IMG/VR virus record: IMGVR_UViG_3300020048_000093
Location: 1-64,000 of that record
Origin: a virus
Taxonomy: Duplodnaviria; Caudoviricetes
Length of the DNA: 64,000 nt
Direction: 5' to 3' (one strand)
Below, piece after piece: positions 9,147 to 16,756 of the stretch (position 1 is its first letter; every line of letters begins with the position of its first letter). The notes beneath the pieces were generated by a model, which had not been told where the DNA came from, did no database searches, and saw only the letters and a program-made list of their open reading frames with translations. Position numbers and translations under genes: made by a program.

Positions 9147-9578
9147 ATGACCGTTGATGCTATTTGTATTCTAATGGTGGCTGTTTTCAGCCTGGGAATA
9201 GCAGGGGGAGTTTATATAAGACTGCAAGGGAATGCGCCGGAATTTAATTTTTGTACTGCTGCACCGGATATTTATCTGTCAGGAGCCATTACCGGTCATG
9301 AGGAGGAAGCAAAAGTGTATTTTGCGGAGGCCGAAGCTGCTCTCTATGAAAAATTCCCAGGCTGCACGGTGTTCAATCCCATGAAGTTACCAAAACTGCC
9401 AAAATGGGAGGATTACATGAAGATATGCCGGCCCAGGGTGGTCCGATCAACGCATATCGTATTCATAATTAACCCACACATAAATAAAAGTCGGGGCGTA
9501 CATGAAGAGATGCGGATTGCAAAAGAAAACGGCCTGGTACTGTACAGGTATGAAAACAAGGAGATTGTGGCTATATGA
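9147..9578 (+). CDS. DUF4406 family protein (nucleoside deoxyribosyltransferase-like) with N-terminal TM helix
   Basis: IYLSGAITG..F.EAE..L...VFNP...WEDYMKIC...SRGVHEEMRIA. Confidence 0.8.
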   Translation: MTVDAICILMVAVFSLGIAGGVYIRLQGNAPEFNFCTAAPDIYLSGAITGHEEEAKVYFAEAEAALYEKFPGCTVFNPMKLPKLPKWEDYMKICRPRVVRSTHIVFIINPHINKSRGVHEEMRIAKENGLVLYRYENKEIVAI

Positions 9579-10048
9579 TGGATAAAAACGAGATATTTCT
9601 GAATGAGATCGTATTACCGAGCAACTGGGAGATAATGGAATCGAGAATAAATGATGCAGGAAAAACAGGCCTCGACCAACGGTTCAAGATTATCGAAGAG
9701 ATTATTGAATTTTATGAAGCAAAGAGACTCTTCGAACTTACTCCCAAAGAAGACCCTTCGCTGGAAGATCGATTAAACGCCATGAGTTTCGAACTGGCTG
9801 ATGTAGTAATTTCAAGCTGTACCCTGCTCAGGATCCTCGGGGTGAAATATATCATGAATCATTTCCTTGCTATAACAGACTTACCGATGTACTGGATACG
9901 ACAGGTCTCGGAAGGATTCCCGCAATATGTAATCTGGAATGCGTTTGATTATGCGGAAAAAAATGGAATAAACCTTGAAGAAGCGATAACGGAAAAGCTG
10001 GAATACAACAAAACTAGAACCGATTGGCCAAAAACAGGAGTAAAGTGA
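9575..10048 (+). CDS. MazG-like NTP pyrophosphohydrolase
   Basis: KIIEEIIEFYEA...ELADVVI...INLEEAITEKLEYNKTR. Confidence 0.75.
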   Translation: MMDKNEIFLNEIVLPSNWEIMESRINDAGKTGLDQRFKIIEEIIEFYEAKRLFELTPKEDPSLEDRLNAMSFELADVVISSCTLLRILGVKYIMNHFLAITDLPMYWIRQVSEGFPQYVIWNAFDYAEKNGINLEEAITEKLEYNKTRTDWPKTGVK

Positions 10049-10239
10049 TGAGCGGAAACAACGCTAAAACAGCAAGAAGGATCGTAAACAAACAACATAA
10101 CAAGATAATCGAGAGTTACGTCACAAAACAACAGGCCGAGATTATGCTTGCTAGTTATACGTTGATGCGAGGCCTGAAGTTTCATAAACGGGTACGGTTG
10201 GCATTCGGCATATTATTTGGGTTGCGGAAATCAAAATGA
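10048..10239 (+). CDS. Hypothetical protein
   Basis: RBS AGGAG; start overlaps upstream stop (TGATG). Confidence 0.6.
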   Translation: MSGNNAKTARRIVNKQHNKIIESYVTKQQAEIMLASYTLMRGLKFHKRVRLAFGILFGLRKSK

Positions 10240-10445
10240 GATACCTACGGAATATCAAAGAGTTTTATTCCGTATGTGGTGAATCAGAAAGGAACTGTCC
10301 GAAGGGATACAAGATTTGCTGCCGTATCTGTAAGATCAAAAAAGATATTTCCCAGTGTTCTGGCGACGATGACCAGGGCTGCGGGGAATGGGAAATCGGA
10401 TATTGCGATAAAGAGATTTTTGATAAAAAACCAGAGGCTTTATAA
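10236..10445 (+). CDS. Cys-rich hypothetical microprotein
   Basis: ATGA overlap; six Cys. Confidence 0.55.
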   Translation: MRYLRNIKEFYSVCGESERNCPKGYKICCRICKIKKDISQCSGDDDQGCGEWEIGYCDKEIFDKKPEAL

Positions 10446-10460
10446 AAGGTGGTTGAGTGA

Positions 10461-10625
10461 ATGAGAACGACAATGGGAACTACTAAGAATACAAAACTGG
10501 AAATCAATGAAAAAGTATCACCGAGAGGTTGTTCGTCGTGTGTGCATTTCAAGAGCCGTATCGGATGCAAGGAGTGCAGAAGATCGCAGGCAGAGCGTGA
10601 ATATCCGTCAGGGAATAAGAAATGA
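10461..10625 (+). CDS. Cys-rich hypothetical microprotein (54 aa, not in ORF track)
   Basis: CSSC..F....CKEC; stop overlaps next ATG. Confidence 0.5.
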   Translation: MRTTMGTTKNTKLEINEKVSPRGCSSCVHFKSRIGCKECRRSQAEREYPSGNKK

Positions 10626-10960
10626 GCAAGTTCAAGTCGGTTCGCGTTGTCGTAGACGGGCAGCGGTTTGATTCACAGAAAGAGGCTGCAAGGGGATTTG
10701 ACCTGAAATTGATGCAAAAGGCCGGCAAGATAAGCGAGCTTCGGTTCCAGGTTCCTTTTGTTCTTCAAGAATCATTCATTCATGACGGAATGAAAGAACA
10801 AGACATCTGCTATGTGGCCGACGCTACATACATGGAAAATGGCAAATTCATCGTAGAAGATACAAAAAGCGATCACACAAGGAAAAACGATCTTTACCGG
10901 GTAAAGCGGAAACTCCTTTTGTTTCGATACCCGGATATTACATTCAGGGAGTATTTATGA
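10622..10960 (+). CDS. DUF1064 family PD-(D/E)xK nuclease
   Basis: SKFKSVRVVVDG..FDSQKEA..L..QVPF..YVAD..Y....VEDTKS. Confidence 0.9.
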   Translation: MSKFKSVRVVVDGQRFDSQKEAARGFDLKLMQKAGKISELRFQVPFVLQESFIHDGMKEQDICYVADATYMENGKFIVEDTKSDHTRKNDLYRVKRKLLLFRYPDITFREYL

Positions 10961-11472
10961 GCGGGATGGGAGCGCATCAGTCTTCTAAAATGAAGAATGA
11001 TGAGTGGCTTACTCCTCCGGAGATAATCCATGCGCTCGGAAACTTTGATCTGGACCCATGTGCTCCCGTCACAAGACCATGGCCTACGGCCAAAAATCAC
11101 TTCACCGTGATTGACAACGGCCTGATGCTTCCGTGGTTTGGTCGTGTTTGGTGCAATCCTCCTTACGGAAGAGAATCCCAGGAGTGGCTTGCCCGGCTCG
11201 CGGGACACGGAAACGGTATCGCGTTGATATTCGCGCGAACCGAGACAGAAATGTTTTTCAGCCAGGTATGGAACAAGGCTCACGCAGTATTTTTTATCAA
11301 AGGAAGGCTTTTCTTTCACTATGTAGATGGGCGTAAAGCCGAAGCGAATAGTGGAGCTCCTTCGTGCCTGGTTGCTTATGGTGCTGCTAATACCAAGGCG
11401 CTTGAAGAGTCAGGAATAAAAGGGATGCTGGTAAGGCTACCAAATGCCATGACAAAAAAGGAATCAACATGA
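10957..11472 (+). CDS. Phage DNA N6-adenine methyltransferase (PF05869 Dam-like)
   Basis: DEWLTP, FDLDPCA, DNGL..W.G.VWCNPPYG, LIFARTET. Confidence 0.93.
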   Translation: MSGMGAHQSSKMKNDEWLTPPEIIHALGNFDLDPCAPVTRPWPTAKNHFTVIDNGLMLPWFGRVWCNPPYGRESQEWLARLAGHGNGIALIFARTETEMFFSQVWNKAHAVFFIKGRLFFHYVDGRKAEANSGAPSCLVAYGAANTKALEESGIKGMLVRLPNAMTKKEST

Positions 11473-11645
11473 TAGATGTCTATGAAGTTCGATGTAAATA
11501 CATCGAGGCCTTGACGGGAGAAATCATGGCCTGTCTCGATGCCCTGTTTTCAGACGACATGACCGACACGGAGTTTTTGCTCGGACAGGCAAGGGTCCGG
11601 GCGATCATCGAACGCGAATACGTGGAAAGGAAGGACAGAAAATGA
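11469..11645 (+). CDS. Hypothetical protein (58 aa, not in ORF track)
   Basis: Fills the gap with 4-nt overlaps at both ends. Confidence 0.55.
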   Translation: MIDVYEVRCKYIEALTGEIMACLDALFSDDMTDTEFLLGQARVRAIIEREYVERKDRK

Positions 11646-12037
11646 AGGAAATGGAATTTACTAACGAAATGATTCACGATGCTGAAAACTGTAAACATTT
11701 TGAAACTTGCCACGAATGCGCTATGCCATATTCACAAATACATACTTGCATTGAAAACCTTTCACGCGCCCTGCAAGCAGAACGCGCAAAGCCGAAAGTA
11801 TGGGACGGCGCGCCGGATGATGCTTGTAAAGCATTTGTTTATTGGGGATTCAATAAAAGAGAAACCGTAGATAGTGGACCGGAATACACCCGCACGCTTC
11901 CCAAAACACGGGCGGACGAAATTGCCGAAGAGACATGGCAGGAGTTTGGAGACCCTGAAACCAAAGAAGATTTTTTACGTTTTTGCAAATCCGCGATCCT
12001 GAAACGTGAAGCGGAACTGAAGGAGGCTGGGGAATGA
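11642..12037 (+). CDS. Hypothetical protein
   Basis: ATGA coupling; CxxC motif. Confidence 0.65.
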   Translation: MKEMEFTNEMIHDAENCKHFETCHECAMPYSQIHTCIENLSRALQAERAKPKVWDGAPDDACKAFVYWGFNKRETVDSGPEYTRTLPKTRADEIAEETWQEFGDPETKEDFLRFCKSAILKREAELKEAGE

Positions 12038-12291
12038 GCGGCTGGATTAGTGTAAAAGAAAAATCCCCAACGGAAAAAATAGACCATGCAGATCACGTGC
12101 ATTGCTGGTGTGCTGTAAAAAGAGTACATAGCAATACATATTTTGTGGAGCATTTGGCGTGGAATCCATATCACCAATGCTGGGATGGTGAAGACGAGGA
12201 TGATGTCAGCCAGTTTGATTCAATGGTCTGGTTTTGGCAACCGCTAGACATTCCAGAACCGCCGACAAATCAGAAGGAGACTGGAGAATGA
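12034..12291 (+). CDS. DUF551-like protein
   Basis: MSGWISVKEKSP ... W(F)WQPLDIPEPP termini. Confidence 0.75.
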   Translation: MSGWISVKEKSPTEKIDHADHVHCWCAVKRVHSNTYFVEHLAWNPYHQCWDGEDEDDVSQFDSMVWFWQPLDIPEPPTNQKETGE

Positions 12292-12545
12292 TAGTGTCGC
12301 AAATCATAAAGAAATACCTAGAAGAAAACGGCTTCGACGGACTTATGGGAGATGAATGCGGATGCTCAAAAGACGCGCTTATTCCGTGCGAGTTTTGTAA
12401 TGGCGACTGCGAACCGGCATATGTCAGAAAATGCATCGGGGAAAAGTGCCTGAACAAATGCGACGCATACGACGAAAAGGGCGGCGGTACAGATTGCTAT
12501 TCGACAAAGCCGCACCCGAAGGATCCAACCAATGACCGCGATTGA
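12288..12545 (+). CDS. Cys-rich hypothetical protein
   Basis: RBS GGAG; GFDGL...ECGC.....PC..C...CEPAY. Confidence 0.65.
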   Translation: MIVSQIIKKYLEENGFDGLMGDECGCSKDALIPCEFCNGDCEPAYVRKCIGEKCLNKCDAYDEKGGGTDCYSTKPHPKDPTNDRD

Positions 12546-12834
12546 GAAAGCACTTGAAGAGATTAGAGAAGATGCCTGTGTTCTCTTTGGTATTCATCAT
12601 ACTGCATTATCTGAGGGATTTGGCCCTGCAAAACGAATAATCAATCGTGTTGATGAAGCCCTCGCCGCGCTTGAAGCCGAAAAACCGGCGGAGGATGCGA
12701 TAAAAGTTGCAGAGTATTTATTCAATATGGAATATCCAAATACACCTATAAAGTGGATGCTTTCATCTGCAAAAGTCATCCAGCAATACGCCGAAGCCTA
12801 CCACGAGCGAAAAATGAAGGAGTCGGGGATATGA
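12532..12834 (+). CDS. Hypothetical protein; C-terminal module shared with 13093..13389
   Basis: ALEAEKPAEDAI...QQYAEAYHERK. Confidence 0.65.
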   Translation: MTAIEKALEEIREDACVLFGIHHTALSEGFGPAKRIINRVDEALAALEAEKPAEDAIKVAEYLFNMEYPNTPIKWMLSSAKVIQQYAEAYHERKMKESGI

Positions 12835-13106
12835 GTGGTGGATATTTCGAGTATGATCAGTATAAGATCGAAGAGATAGCAGACAAGATATTGCGATTGG
12901 TCGAGCGTAATATTCGGACAACCTACAATGGAGAAATTAAATACAGCGATGAAACAATTTCAAAGTTTATCGATGCGGAAAAAACATTGCGTCTTGGTGC
13001 TACAATGGCTCAAAGAATCGACTGGCTTGAATCAGGTGATGATAGCGAGGAGTCTTTTCACGAAAGATGGAAAGAAGAAGTGGAGGAAACAAATGCCCGC
13101 AATTGA
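12831..13106 (+). CDS. Conserved phage hypothetical protein
   Basis: MSGGYFEYDQY...IDWLESGDDSEESF; ATGA coupling. Confidence 0.7.
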   Translation: MSGGYFEYDQYKIEEIADKILRLVERNIRTTYNGEIKYSDETISKFIDAEKTLRLGATMAQRIDWLESGDDSEESFHERWKEEVEETNARN

Positions 13107-13389
13107 TTATCAAGAAGTATTCACGAAAGAAACGGGTTTGCGTTCCGAAAACTTCGATCACCGCCAAGGTATTATGGCATATACGTCTGTGTATGTCGGA
13201 TGGCTGGAAAATAAATTCGCCGCTATTGAAGTCGAGAAACCGTATGATGATGCCATTGATGTAGTTGAACGCATTTATGAACTTTACGGTGACAATTGGA
13301 CAAAAGAATCAATCGAAGTGTTACAGCGGTACACCGAGCGGTATCACGAGCGGAAATGCGCAGAATGCAAGAAAGGAGAATTGAATTGA
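13093..13389 (+). CDS. Hypothetical protein; C-terminal module shared with 12532..12834
   Basis: RBS GGAGG; AIEVEKPYDDAI...QRYTERYHERK. Confidence 0.65.
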   Translation: MPAIDYQEVFTKETGLRSENFDHRQGIMAYTSVYVGWLENKFAAIEVEKPYDDAIDVVERIYELYGDNWTKESIEVLQRYTERYHERKCAECKKGELN

Positions 13390-13679
13390 CTAAAAGTATG
13401 TGGCGCGACAAAGATATTGAAACCCTCGAAAAGCGGCTGGCTATAGCCGAGTCTATGAACCGGTCATACGAAATCACCATCAATAAGCTCAAAAACCCGA
13501 ACAGCCCGATATACATTCCGTCGTCCTGGGAAAAGGCGGCAAAGAAGATAACCGACCAGCGGGACGCCCTGATCGAAATAGTGAACGACATCATCGGGGG
13601 TGAAACGACGTCGGCCATGCTGCTGATACATGCAGCGGAAATCCGGGAAGAGCTGAATCGTATCGAGGCAATGAAATGA
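13386..13679 (+). CDS. Hypothetical coiled-coil protein
   Basis: RBS AAAGGAG with TTG start overlapping the upstream stop. Confidence 0.6.
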   Translation: MTKSMWRDKDIETLEKRLAIAESMNRSYEITINKLKNPNSPIYIPSSWEKAAKKITDQRDALIEIVNDIIGGETTSAMLLIHAAEIREELNRIEAMK

Positions 13680-13849
13680 ACAACCGCTGCCGGCACAAAG
13701 ACTGTATCAAACGGGCCATTTGCCTGGCAATGTTCGATCTAGTGGAATGCTCGGCATATAAGAATACAGGGACCCTTCCAGAAAGCGTGGTCGGTGTCGG
13801 ACCGGTCGACAAACAAAAGAGCCTGTTCAGCAGGCGAGGAGAAAAGTGA
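13676..13849 (+). CDS. Cys-rich microprotein (57 aa, not in ORF track)
   Basis: CRHKDC....C........C; coupled to both neighbours. Confidence 0.5.
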   Translation: MNNRCRHKDCIKRAICLAMFDLVECSAYKNTGTLPESVVGVGPVDKQKSLFSRRGEK

Positions 13850-14211
13850 TGGATCATACGAAAGAGCCGTGGATCAAGGATAATCATACTGGAATACCCA
13901 CCAATATATTTTCAGAGGTGGGTATGCGTGTTGCTCGTTGCGACTTCGATGGCGACCATGAAAGCTTGGAAGCACAAGCCAATGCCCGCCGTATTGTGGC
14001 GTGTGTGAACGCCTGTATAGGTATCGATACTGAAACTCTGGAAGCTCCGGGAAGCCTTGCAGAAATAATCAGAAACAGAAAAAGTCAGTTCGATGAATTG
14101 CTTGCGGCGCTTACCGAAGCGGCAAATGATTATATAAGCCAAAACGGAAGCCGCCCGTCATGGTGGACAAATGATATCGCACAAATAGCAAAAAATGAGG
14201 CTAATAATTGA
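13846..14211 (+). CDS. Conserved phage hypothetical protein
   Basis: HTKEPW ... ANARRIVACVNAC ... DELLAAL. Confidence 0.7.
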   Translation: MMDHTKEPWIKDNHTGIPTNIFSEVGMRVARCDFDGDHESLEAQANARRIVACVNACIGIDTETLEAPGSLAEIIRNRKSQFDELLAALTEAANDYISQNGSRPSWWTNDIAQIAKNEANN

Positions 14212-14483
14212 CCAAAGCCCAACGTATCAACGCCTGCATTCGGGCATGTGCAGGGATACCTGATGATGTGATCTCCGATCCTGGCTATTCCATCAAGGCC
14301 GAGCTCGATACCCTGGACAACCAAATCGAGATGCGAACCAAGGCGGAGCAGGAACGCGACGAACTTCTTGCGGCACTGAAAAAAATATCAGTTCTTTCCG
14401 GTAGTTCAAATCGGTATATTGACGACTACGGAGAGATAGCACGCGACATAATCGCAAAAATAGAGGTGGAAAATGAAATATAA
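14208..14483 (+). CDS. Hypothetical protein sharing modules with 13846..14211
   Basis: AQRINACIRAC ... DELLAAL. Confidence 0.65.
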   Translation: MTKAQRINACIRACAGIPDDVISDPGYSIKAELDTLDNQIEMRTKAEQERDELLAALKKISVLSGSSNRYIDDYGEIARDIIAKIEVENEI

Positions 14484-14643
14484 ATGCAACGAATGCTGCA
14501 AGGTAGGAGAAGTAAATCCTTGTATTTTAGAAGTAAAAGGTGCCGACTTCTCACCGAAATTCTGTCCTTTTGATAGTGAAACTGCGAAAGCTGAATGGAA
14601 AAAAGTAACAAAAGAGACAAAAGGTGAAAAAGATGGACGATAA
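14473..14643 (+). CDS. Cys-rich microprotein (56 aa, not in ORF track)
   Basis: RBS GAGGTGG; CNECC...PC...FCP. Confidence 0.55.
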   Translation: MKYKCNECCKVGEVNPCILEVKGADFSPKFCPFDSETAKAEWKKVTKETKGEKDGR

Positions 14644-14833
14644 GAAGATAAAACTGGCCGTAAAGGTTGCGAAAGAGTTTATCGCACTTGCGGATGAAAT
14701 GGAAAAGACCGAGAAAGCTAGCTTTACCGGATTCAACGGACTAACATACCCATCCCGCAAACACAGAGGAGCAGTTCGCCGCCGTTCGATGGACCTTACT
14801 CGGGCGCTTGCAGACATGAGGTGTCCGAAATGA
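14633..14833 (+). CDS. Hypothetical protein
   Basis: AVRRRSMDLTRALADMR motif; RBS AGGTG. Confidence 0.6.
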   Translation: MDDKKIKLAVKVAKEFIALADEMEKTEKASFTGFNGLTYPSRKHRGAVRRRSMDLTRALADMRCPK

Positions 14834-15273
14834 GGCTTACGAAAGACAATGAGGAACTGCGAAGGATTGAAATAGTCAGGTACCTCGATGGTGAGCCTAA
14901 AACATGTGGAGATATATCTGGACATGACGGAACCATAAGCCCCGACAACATCCCGACATACATACTCCGGCTTATAAAGCGTGGCGTACTTATATCGAAG
15001 CATACACGCGGGCATTACATGGGGTACAAGCTCGACATGCCACTTGCCCAGGCCCTTGTCCTGGTCGAGGCAAAAGGGTACTGCGAAAAAGTTACACGCC
15101 GCATGGAATACCACCTTTCGGAGGCTTATCGGGAAAAGTTGGCTAAAAAGGCATCCGATCGGGAAATGGTCAAGGCCATAAAGAATCACGTTCCGGCCGG
15201 AGACAACCCACCCTGGTGGGGATTGATTACCCGGCGCGAGACAATTGACTGCAAACTGGTAGCAAAAAAATGA
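14830..15273 (+). CDS. Hypothetical protein
   Basis: RBS GAGGTG; ATGA coupling. Confidence 0.6.
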   Translation: MRLTKDNEELRRIEIVRYLDGEPKTCGDISGHDGTISPDNIPTYILRLIKRGVLISKHTRGHYMGYKLDMPLAQALVLVEAKGYCEKVTRRMEYHLSEAYREKLAKKASDREMVKAIKNHVPAGDNPPWWGLITRRETIDCKLVAKK

Positions 15274-15476
15274 GAACACCTATAATTTGTCATCAAGTTT
15301 CATGCGATGAATACCGGTCAGATAAAGGGCATACAGTAAGGCGAGAATACGGGAAAACTCCAAACGGTAATGACTTGCAAGGCAGATGGGTTTATCGAAA
15401 TACGAAGGGAGATATGAAAGATTTTAGCTTATATAGGCACGATTTGGCTTTCCGCAATCATCTTGAACTGAAATAA
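15270..15476 (+). CDS. Hypothetical protein
   Basis: ATGA coupling; RE.GKTPNGN.L.GRWVYR. Confidence 0.6.
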   Translation: MRTPIICHQVSCDEYRSDKGHTVRREYGKTPNGNDLQGRWVYRNTKGDMKDFSLYRHDLAFRNHLELK

Positions 15477-15487
15477 GGAGTGATACG

Positions 15488-15658
15488 ATGATACCGACAT
15501 TCGAGAACGAAGAAGAGGAAAACGCGTTCTACCGGAAAGAAGCAGGGGAGTGCGTGAAATGCGTAAATTATCAGTACGATGACGCCATTTTCGGTGATGA
15601 CTGCAGCGAGTGCAGCCGGTTTTACGGAGATCACTTCGAGGAAAAGGAGACAAAATGA
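15488..15658 (+). CDS. Cys-rich microprotein (56 aa, not in ORF track)
   Basis: RBS AAGGAG; CVKC...CSEC. Confidence 0.6.
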   Translation: MIPTFENEEEENAFYRKEAGECVKCVNYQYDDAIFGDDCSECSRFYGDHFEEKETK

Positions 15659-16029
15659 GGGAGATAAAGTTCCGGGCCGTGCATTACGGAGAATTACTAA
15701 ACAGGGTTTTTACTCCGTTCGATGCCCATAAAATGCTTACCGGACAATTACGGAACGACGACGAAAGCGACTATTTCGACCCGTGCGCAGAATTCGAGCA
15801 ATATACCGGACTACTCGACAAAAACGGGAAAGAGATTTACGAGGGTGACGTAGTAAAAATGGGCGACGGAATCCTAACTGTGTTTTATCAAGCCCCGTCA
15901 TTTGTGATGAAAGAAAAGAAAACTCACAAGCACTGGCACGTGTTTGTCCTTGCAGAATCCGAAAGGCAGTTTTGTGAAGTCATCGGAAACATCCATGACA
16001 ATCCCGAATTACTGGAGAAAACGAAATGA
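15655..16029 (+). CDS. YopX family protein
   Basis: MREIKFRA ... QYTGLLDKNGKEIYEGDVV ... EVIGNIHDNPELL. Confidence 0.95.
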   Translation: MREIKFRAVHYGELLNRVFTPFDAHKMLTGQLRNDDESDYFDPCAEFEQYTGLLDKNGKEIYEGDVVKMGDGILTVFYQAPSFVMKEKKTHKHWHVFVLAESERQFCEVIGNIHDNPELLEKTK

Positions 16030-16199
16030 CTGTAACCTGCGAACACGCTTCAACATGTAACGCGGCAATGTACTGCACCCATGCAAAACCACACGAGCCG
16101 ATTTTACCGTGGAAAGCAAATGCCATTAAGAAAATGTGCGACTACAACCATGCTTGTGACTACACTTGCGAGGTAGTCAAATGTGAGCCGGTAAAATGA
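16026..16199 (+). CDS. Cys/His-rich microprotein (57 aa, not in ORF track)
   Basis: CEH...C.....C.H..PH pattern; ATGA coupling. Confidence 0.55.
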   Translation: MTVTCEHASTCNAAMYCTHAKPHEPILPWKANAIKKMCDYNHACDYTCEVVKCEPVK

Positions 16200-16216
16200 C
16201 ACAATTGTACACAAGG

Positions 16217-16245
16217 TAGACCGTAAAAAGTTAAAGTGGTATAAT
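16217..16245 (+). promoter_or_regulatory. Sigma70-type promoter for the RNA cluster
   Basis: TAGACC-17 nt-TATAAT with extended -10 TGn (TGGTATAAT); predicted start ~16252. Confidence 0.7.
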
Positions 16246-16259
16246 GATTTAAGTGGACA

Positions 16260-16343
16260 GGAAGCGAGGCGCAATGGGCGCAAAGAATGAAGGCGGCAAT
16301 GGATGCCCGGAAATCCACGCGGGTTCGACTCCCGCCGCTTCCA
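16260..16343 (+). ncRNA. Non-canonical tRNA-like RNA
   Basis: Perfect 7-bp acceptor GGAAGCG/CGCTTCC + A; T arm GCGGG-TTCGACT-CCCGC; short D arm GCGC-AATGG-GCGC; no paired anticodon arm at the canonical position; hairpin TGGAT-GCCCGGAA-ATCCA just before the T arm. Confidence 0.65.
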
Positions 16344-16348
16344 TTTTC

Positions 16349-16419
16349 GCCTGGTTAGTTAAACGGTATAACTGCTGACCTGTAATCAGCAATTGCGGGT
16401 TCGACTCCTGCACCCGGCT
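16349..16419 (+). tRNA. tRNA-Thr(UGU) with C33
   Basis: Acceptor GCCTGGT/ACCCGGC (one T-C mismatch), D arm GTTA..TAAC, anticodon arm GCTGA-CCTGTAA-TCAGC, T arm GCGGG-TTCGACT-CCTGC. Confidence 0.85.
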
Positions 16420-16420
16420 C

Positions 16421-16730
16421 GATGCTTCTTAGCAAGGCGCATCAGGACCATTAGCGCGGGCGCACGGGATTGGTCTCCACGTGATCGAAGCGCGGCAAAG
16501 ACCTGGCAACGGGGATGCACCAAGTGGCATGACCACCAGGCAGTATACCGGCGTGCTACACACCGGAACGAACGGAATCGAACGTCCGTTATGGCACGCC
16601 ACCGAAAAGACGACGCGGCGGTCGGTTCTCCGGACACAGGGGAAGGGCAGATCAAGAGGATTCGTGAAAGGGATCCCGCCGTTCAGTCGGACAGATTCCT
16701 TTCGTGTCCCGTCGATTCGGGAAACTGCCC
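16421..16730 (+). ncRNA. Candidate structured non-coding RNA
   Basis: GC-rich gap with no RBS-supported ORF and many complementary segments (GATGC/GCATC, GACCA/TGGTC, CCTGG/CCAGG, GGCGTGC/GCACGCC, AACGGA/TCCGTT, GGACAC/GTGTCC, GGGCAG/CTGCCC). Confidence 0.5.
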
Positions 16731-16756
16731 ATAACATACAGTAGTCGGAGGTTCAT

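Noticed and set aside
16260-16730. tmRNA, tRNA-Sec, theta/HDV-like ribozyme, RNase P or self-splicing intron
   Set aside because: No G3-U70 pair or tag frame; 7/5 rather than 8/5 fold and no UCA anticodon; too little sequence inside the first helix for HDV topology; no RNase P or group I/II conserved motifs seen
16386-16744. Several 87-113 aa ORFs on both strands over the tRNA-Thr/structured region
   Set aside because: Overlap the tRNA, lack RBSs, are Arg/Pro-rich; the base-pairing pattern explains the region better
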